Source: a virus (taxonomy: Duplodnaviria; Caudoviricetes). Taken from it: a stretch of 64,000 nucleotides of DNA. The notes below the pieces were generated by a model, which was not told the DNA's origin, ran no database searches, and was given only the letters and a program-made list of their open reading frames with translations. Of the stretch, positions 60,061 to 64,000 are shown one piece after another; within the stretch, counting starts at the first letter, position 1; every line of letters starts with the position of its first letter. The position numbers were made by a program, and so were the translations under genes. The stretch is taken from positions 64,001-128,000 of IMG/VR virus record IMGVR_UViG_3300028048_000066; one strand, 5' to 3'.

Positions 60061-60474
60061 ATGGCAACAAGAGAAGAAATGAAAAATGAAGCGATTAGAA
60101 GATTACAAGAACTTGATATTTATAAACCATATATCAATGGATTCAAAACAAAGGCACAAAAGGTTTGTTTCTATGAAAACTTTGGTGGATACTGGGTTTG
60201 GCAAGAACCAGAAATTGAAGCAAAGATGAAAGACCTTGAAGAGAGATATGAATGTGTTGTTTATGCTATCACACACGAGTTTGCAGAGTTTGGTGAGTGT
60301 TGGTCATTCTTGTTTGTATCCAAGTATGATGAAGAATGGGAATATGAATTTGAAAGAATGGATAGAGTCAACTTCACTGCCGATGCATATGTTTGGAATA
60401 AGACAGAAGATTTTGTTGAAGGTGGTTCAATTTGTGTTCAATCATTTGGTGGTGGAATCAGAAGAGTTGGTTAA
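60061..60474 (+). CDS. Conserved hypothetical phage protein
   Basis: AGGAGA RBS; VYAITH....GE..S.L.VS...EEW...AYVWN...GG..RV pattern. Confidence 0.75.
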   Translation: MATREEMKNEAIRRLQELDIYKPYINGFKTKAQKVCFYENFGGYWVWQEPEIEAKMKDLEERYECVVYAITHEFAEFGECWSFLFVSKYDEEWEYEFERMDRVNFTADAYVWNKTEDFVEGGSICVQSFGGGIRRVG

Positions 60475-60488
60475 TAAGGGGGTGCAGT

Positions 60489-60782
60489 ATGGATAAGAAG
60501 AATATCGTTATTTTAGTGTTAGTAGTAGTAACAGTAGCATCTTTAATTTGCACCATTGTATTAGCAACAAACACAAATAAAGATAAAGATGATTACAATG
60601 ATTACAATATTGCTTATGTAAAAATTGGAGACAGTTGGAATTTTGTAGCAATAAGCAACTATAAGATTAAAGAGGGTGTAGTAGAATTGACAGATGCAGT
60701 TTATAGAGTAAAAATGAAATTAAGTATGGATAACTGTATTCTTATGAAAGATGATACTATGTATTATGAATTAACACACTAA
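60489..60782 (+). CDS. Membrane-anchored hypothetical protein
   Basis: N-terminal transmembrane segment; ATG 60489. Confidence 0.7.
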   Translation: MDKKNIVILVLVVVTVASLICTIVLATNTNKDKDDYNDYNIAYVKIGDSWNFVAISNYKIKEGVVELTDAVYRVKMKLSMDNCILMKDDTMYYELTH

Positions 60783-60795
60783 TAAGGAGAAGACT

Positions 60796-61089
60796 ATGGG
60801 AGATTTAAATTTTGATGTAGTAGAGAGCAAATTAAGACAAGGTGTTGACAATGTTATTATTTTACCATATTGGTGTGGTAGAACAATCAGGTTGTTTTCT
60901 ATTGGTGATTATGTATATGAAGCATACTTATCATATTTTAACAAGAGTGTAGACGAGATTACACAAGAAGACATTGACAGCATTGATGCAGAAGATTTCT
61001 ATCGCTTCTTATATGAGTACTTTAGAGAAGATGTAGAAGATGATGATTTTGATGAAGAAATTACATTAAGTGATATTGAAGATATGTAA
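60796..61089 (+). CDS. Small acidic protein (paralog A)
   Basis: LNFDVVE...EITQEDID.ID...FY.FL..Y. Confidence 0.75.
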   Translation: MGDLNFDVVESKLRQGVDNVIILPYWCGRTIRLFSIGDYVYEAYLSYFNKSVDEITQEDIDSIDAEDFYRFLYEYFREDVEDDDFDEEITLSDIEDM

Positions 61090-61096
61090 TAAAACC

Positions 61097-61111
61097 CGCT
61101 AAATTAAATAG
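61097..61111 (+). promoter_or_regulatory. Putative late promoter variant (CGCTAAATTAAATAG)
   Basis: GCTAAATTAAAT core in a 46-nt intergenic gap. Confidence 0.55.
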
Positions 61112-61135
61112 AATGATATTAAGAAGAGGTGAATT

Positions 61136-61492
61136 ATGAGTTTGAATTTTGATGTAGTAGAAGAGAAGTTAATGAATGATGATGAGGAAATCATCTTATT
61201 CTATGATATGTTAGATTGGGATGTTGATGTATTAGGTGATTATAGTGGTAGATATGTTAGAAAAGCATATGATGTTGAATATCCTATTTACTATATTAGC
61301 AAATATGTTTATGCTTCATACTTAAAGAAGAAGGCAGAGGACATTACTCAAGAAGATTTAGATAACATTGATGTTGACAAGTTCTATGACTTCTTGTGTG
61401 ACTATTATATTGATGAAGCAATGAATTATGCAGCAGACCATAATAAATATGATGACTATGATGGTGGATGGGATGATAGAGATGACTATTAG
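61136..61492 (+). CDS. Small acidic protein (paralog B)
   Basis: LNFDVVE...DITQEDLDNID...FY.FL..Y. Confidence 0.75.
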   Translation: MSLNFDVVEEKLMNDDEEIILFYDMLDWDVDVLGDYSGRYVRKAYDVEYPIYYISKYVYASYLKKKAEDITQEDLDNIDVDKFYDFLCDYYIDEAMNYAADHNKYDDYDGGWDDRDDY

Positions 61493-61539
61493 TATTTATG
61501 TCAATTAAACCTTACATAAAAAGAGAAAGTTGAGAAATT

Positions 61540-61576
61540 AAGAATCAAGATTTTTTGTAGGTCTTGGTTCTTTTTT
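61540..61576 (+). terminator. Intrinsic terminator
   Basis: AAGAATCAAGA/TCTTGGTTCTT stem plus T tract. Confidence 0.75.
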
Positions 61577-61579
61577 AAT

Positions 61580-61594
61580 TGCTAAATTAAATGA
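61580..61594 (+). promoter_or_regulatory. Putative phage late promoter
   Basis: TGCTAAATTAAATGA after a terminator. Confidence 0.7.
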
Positions 61595-61622
61595 TAGAAA
61601 ATAACGGTAAGGTGAAGTTTAT

Positions 61623-64000
61623 ATGAAGATACTAAAAGATTATAATCCTAAAAATGTTAAGAAAGCATACAAAGTATTTAGAGTAAAAGATGGAAAATTA
61701 TATCCACCTATGGTTGCCAATGCTAATAACGAACCTACTCCTATTGGTGTGTGGTTAGGTGCAGAAGAAGGTGCGTTTGCAGGATTATCTAAAACAGGTA
61801 GACCACAAGTTAAATCAATTGGTAGTGGTACTCTTTCATATAGACCAGGATGGCATTTAGGTGATATTCCAAGAGCAAAACAATTTGATAGATTAAACAA
61901 AGAAACAGGGGAAGTGGAATTCCCTAAAGATTTTGTTTGGGCAGAATGTGAATATGTAGCAGATAAAGACTACCAAAAAGACAGCGATGAACAAGGACAT
62001 ATGAGAATAGGCAAAGATGGTAAACCATATAGAAGTGACAAATATCAACACTCACTTGCTGGACTTCAAAAGATTCCAGACAATGGTTATTACAAATATA
62101 GAACAAACCCTAATCCAGACACTGTACCGTGGGTTATAACAGGTGCTATTAAGGTTGACAAGTTATTAAGTGATGATGAGGTCAACTCTATTCTTAAACA
62201 AAATGGGATTGAACCTATACATAGACAAGGTGGAGATAAATCATTAAAAGAATTAGGTCTTAATGAAAGTTTAATTAAGGAAACAAAGAGTGTTAAGTCA
62301 TTAAGCACAGATGATTTATTGTCAAGATTTAGTGAGAGTGATAGTATTAAAGTTTATGATACTCCACAGTCTGGTTCTCAATATATTCTCCCTAATGGCA
62401 AGTTTTTATTCTGGGGGAAAGATTTTATTCACTCATCTTTAATGGAGTATATTTATGTATCAATTTTAGGTGGAAAGACAGATGATAAAGGAAGGGTTAA
62501 AGACCATCAAAAACTTTACTATGTTATGGACTACTTGGAAGAAAACTTGGGTTGGATAAGAGTAAATGATAATGTTTCTGGTTATCACAGAACTTCTTAT
62601 ATTGCATTAGATAAAATAGCACCAACACAAGACCAATATAACTCATTGGAAATATTTTTAGATGTATGCTATGAAAAAGGCAATGGTGGTGTTGAGATAA
62701 ACAGAATGGATTTAAGAAAAAATAAAACATATTCATTTGATGACTATATTGCAGATGATATTATAAAGAAGATAAAGCAGTCATATTCTAGTGGAGTACT
62801 ATATGAAAGTTTGAAAGAAGATATAAACAATAAAGAGTTATCTAATGAGAAAAAGGAACTTATTGTTAAAACACTCAAAGACCACTTTGGAAAGGACATA
62901 ACAGAAGATTCCCAGTCTTATATATTTTTCCCAAATGGGGATATTATTAGATGTGAGTTCCATCCAGACTTAATTGATTATTTATGTGATTGTGGTTTAT
63001 TTACTGATGAAGAAGCATACATTATTGATGGTATGGGTGCAAGTTTATTTGTTAAGTGGTTTAATTGTGTAAGAGCAACAAAGTGTGTAGGAGAAAACTA
63101 TATTGAATTACCACACGACACTTTAACATCTGCTCAATATTCAAATATATTAGAACTTTTAGATATAATGTCATTAGATGTTGATATTGATGAAGTTGAA
63201 ATAAGTGCATACACAAGTGTTAGAAATGGTGAAAGTAAGTATTATAGTTTCTATGAATATACACCAGATGAAATATTAAAGAAAATTAAGAGATATTATG
63301 CAAGTGGTGTGTTATATGAAAGTTTGAATGAAGATAAACAACTTTCAAAAGAAGAAACACTTAAACTTATGGATGATAAATTTGGTCAAAAAGAGTTATA
63401 TCTTTGGTCAACATATATTCTTCCTAATGGTCATTTCCTTAACCCAGATAATGGTTGGGATGAGTTTGATGATGAACCCGAATATGAACATAGTGATTTT
63501 ATATATAACTACTACAATGATTATGGTGAAACCTTGTTTGATGATTGTATTAAAATGAATGTAAATTATCCATTCTTAACTTTACCTAAACAACCAACAC
63601 AACAACAATGGAATAGAGTAGAGGAAATCATTGATAATTATGATGATGGACTAGATGCAGACGGTGGTGTAGATGATTTATTTGATTGGGCAGAAGTTGA
63701 CTCTGAAAAAGAAAGAGGCATTATAAGAGGGTTTCAAAGACCTTTACTAATTGACCTTGAAGGTATTGGTGCTAAAATTGTTGATGCTTCTTGGGGTGGA
63801 AGAGAAATAGTAAAAGAGATGAAGAAAGCAAAATCTAGTGGTGGTTTTTATGAAAGTTTAAAAGAAGATAAAAACCAAAAACAAACTATAATTGCCTATC
63901 ACGGAACAAATAATAAGTTTGATTCATTTAGAGGTGGTAGAATTGATTGGTTCTCACAAGATTTAGATTTGGCACATCACTATGGAGATAGAATCAAGAA
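61623..64000 (+). CDS. 3'-truncated polyvalent multi-domain protein (>792 aa): RPGWH domain, three YI(L/F)(F)PNG repeats, start of an ADP-ribosyltransferase-like domain
   Basis: Hand-translated; open from ATG 61623 (AAGGTGA RBS) to the window end; YHGTNNKFDSF...WFSQDLDLAHHYG from 63897. Confidence 0.85.
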   Translation, partial: MKILKDYNPKNVKKAYKVFRVKDGKLYPPMVANANNEPTPIGVWLGAEEGAFAGLSKTGRPQVKSIGSGTLSYRPGWHLGDIPRAKQFDRLNKETGEVEFPKDFVWAECEYVADKDYQKDSDEQGHMRIGKDGKPYRSDKYQHSLAGLQKIPDNGYYKYRTNPNPDTVPWVITGAIKVDKLLSDDEVNSILKQNGIEPIHRQGGDKSLKELGLNESLIKETKSVKSLSTDDLLSRFSESDSIKVYDTPQSGSQYILPNGKFLFWGKDFIHSSLMEYIYVSILGGKTDDKGRVKDHQKLYYVMDYLEENLGWIRVNDNVSGYHRTSYIALDKIAPTQDQYNSLEIFLDVCYEKGNGGVEINRMDLRKNKTYSFDDYIADDIIKKIKQSYSSGVLYESLKEDINNKELSNEKKELIVKTLKDHFGKDITEDSQSYIFFPNGDIIRCEFHPDLIDYLCDCGLFTDEEAYIIDGMGASLFVKWFNCVRATKCVGENYIELPHDTLTSAQYSNILELLDIMSLDVDIDEVEISAYTSVRNGESKYYSFYEYTPDEILKKIKRYYASGVLYESLNEDKQLSKEETLKLMDDKFGQKELYLWSTYILPNGHFLNPDNGWDEFDDEPEYEHSDFIYNYYNDYGETLFDDCIKMNVNYPFLTLPKQPTQQQWNRVEEIIDNYDDGLDADGGVDDLFDWAEVDSEKERGIIRGFQRPLLIDLEGIGAKIVDASWGGREIVKEMKKAKSSGGFYESLKEDKNQKQTIIAYHGTNNKFDSFRGGRIDWFSQDLDLAHHYGDRIK

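Noticed and set aside
4265-60432. Upstream-extended starts in the track (e.g. 4265, 9866, 16509, 23233, 25239, 28771, 45825, 47252, 50010, 60432)
   Set aside because: Downstream ATGs have properly spaced RBSs and avoid long overlaps with genes or promoters.
61640-63558. Short track ORFs at 61.6-63.6 kb suggesting a gene-poor or pseudogene region
   Set aside because: All overlap a single uninterrupted + strand ORF from 61623 that lacks a stop only because it runs off the window.
1-64000. Stop-codon reassignment (code 15 or code 4), common in large gut phages
   Set aside because: Genes are intact and densely packed in code 11, and both TAG and TGA terminate genes right before the next RBS or start.
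1-64000. Prophage, ICE or integron interpretation of the small-gene arrays
   Set aside because: No integrase, relaxase, transposase, attC-like sites or host housekeeping synteny; organisation fits a large virulent phage.

Overview
An AT-rich, CpG-poor 64 kb segment of a large lytic tailed phage, probably infecting a low-GC Gram-positive (Bacillota) host. The host call rests on near-consensus sigmaA promoters, AGGAG ribosome-binding sites and a SipW-type signal peptide. All credible genes are on the + strand and read in the standard code; the minus-strand ORFs in the track are shadows. Layout: (1) 1-11.8 kb DNA/RNA metabolism: SbcD/SbcC (Mre11/Rad50-like) pair, a candidate sigma-like factor plus a Mor-like activator, a metallophosphoesterase, a catalytically dead-looking peptide deformylase and topoisomerase IA. 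(2) 11.8-31.5 kb dense array of small accessory genes driven by sigmaA-type promoters (Rnl2-like RNA ligase, DUF3850/ASCH, HAD, YopX, phosphatase), including two ORF-less transcription units at 16.1-16.4 kb and repeated gene-junction sequences. (3) 31.6-56.8 kb late/virion region driven by a phage-specific motif TGCTAAATTAA(A/G)TGA: very acidic putative head proteins, fibres, and adhesin-like and LamG proteins. (4) 56.9-64 kb mixed early/late units, including a TasA/SipW-type exported protein and a long ORF missing from the supplied track (61623 to beyond the window end). The strongest novel signals are: (a) late-expressed multi-domain 'polyproteins' whose domains are delimited by a recurring E-S-L-(K/N)-E linker resembling prohead-protease sites, one leading into an ADP-ribosyltransferase-like domain; (b) four neighbouring virion-region genes sharing an ~18-aa N-terminal tag fused to shuffled copies of an apparently unnamed ~140-aa 'FDTT...WNG' module; (c) back-to-back early and late small RNAs carrying anti-Shine-Dalgarno-like sequences; (d) apparent total avoidance of GATC, AGCT and CATG. 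All family assignments are from reading motifs by eye; no database search was run.
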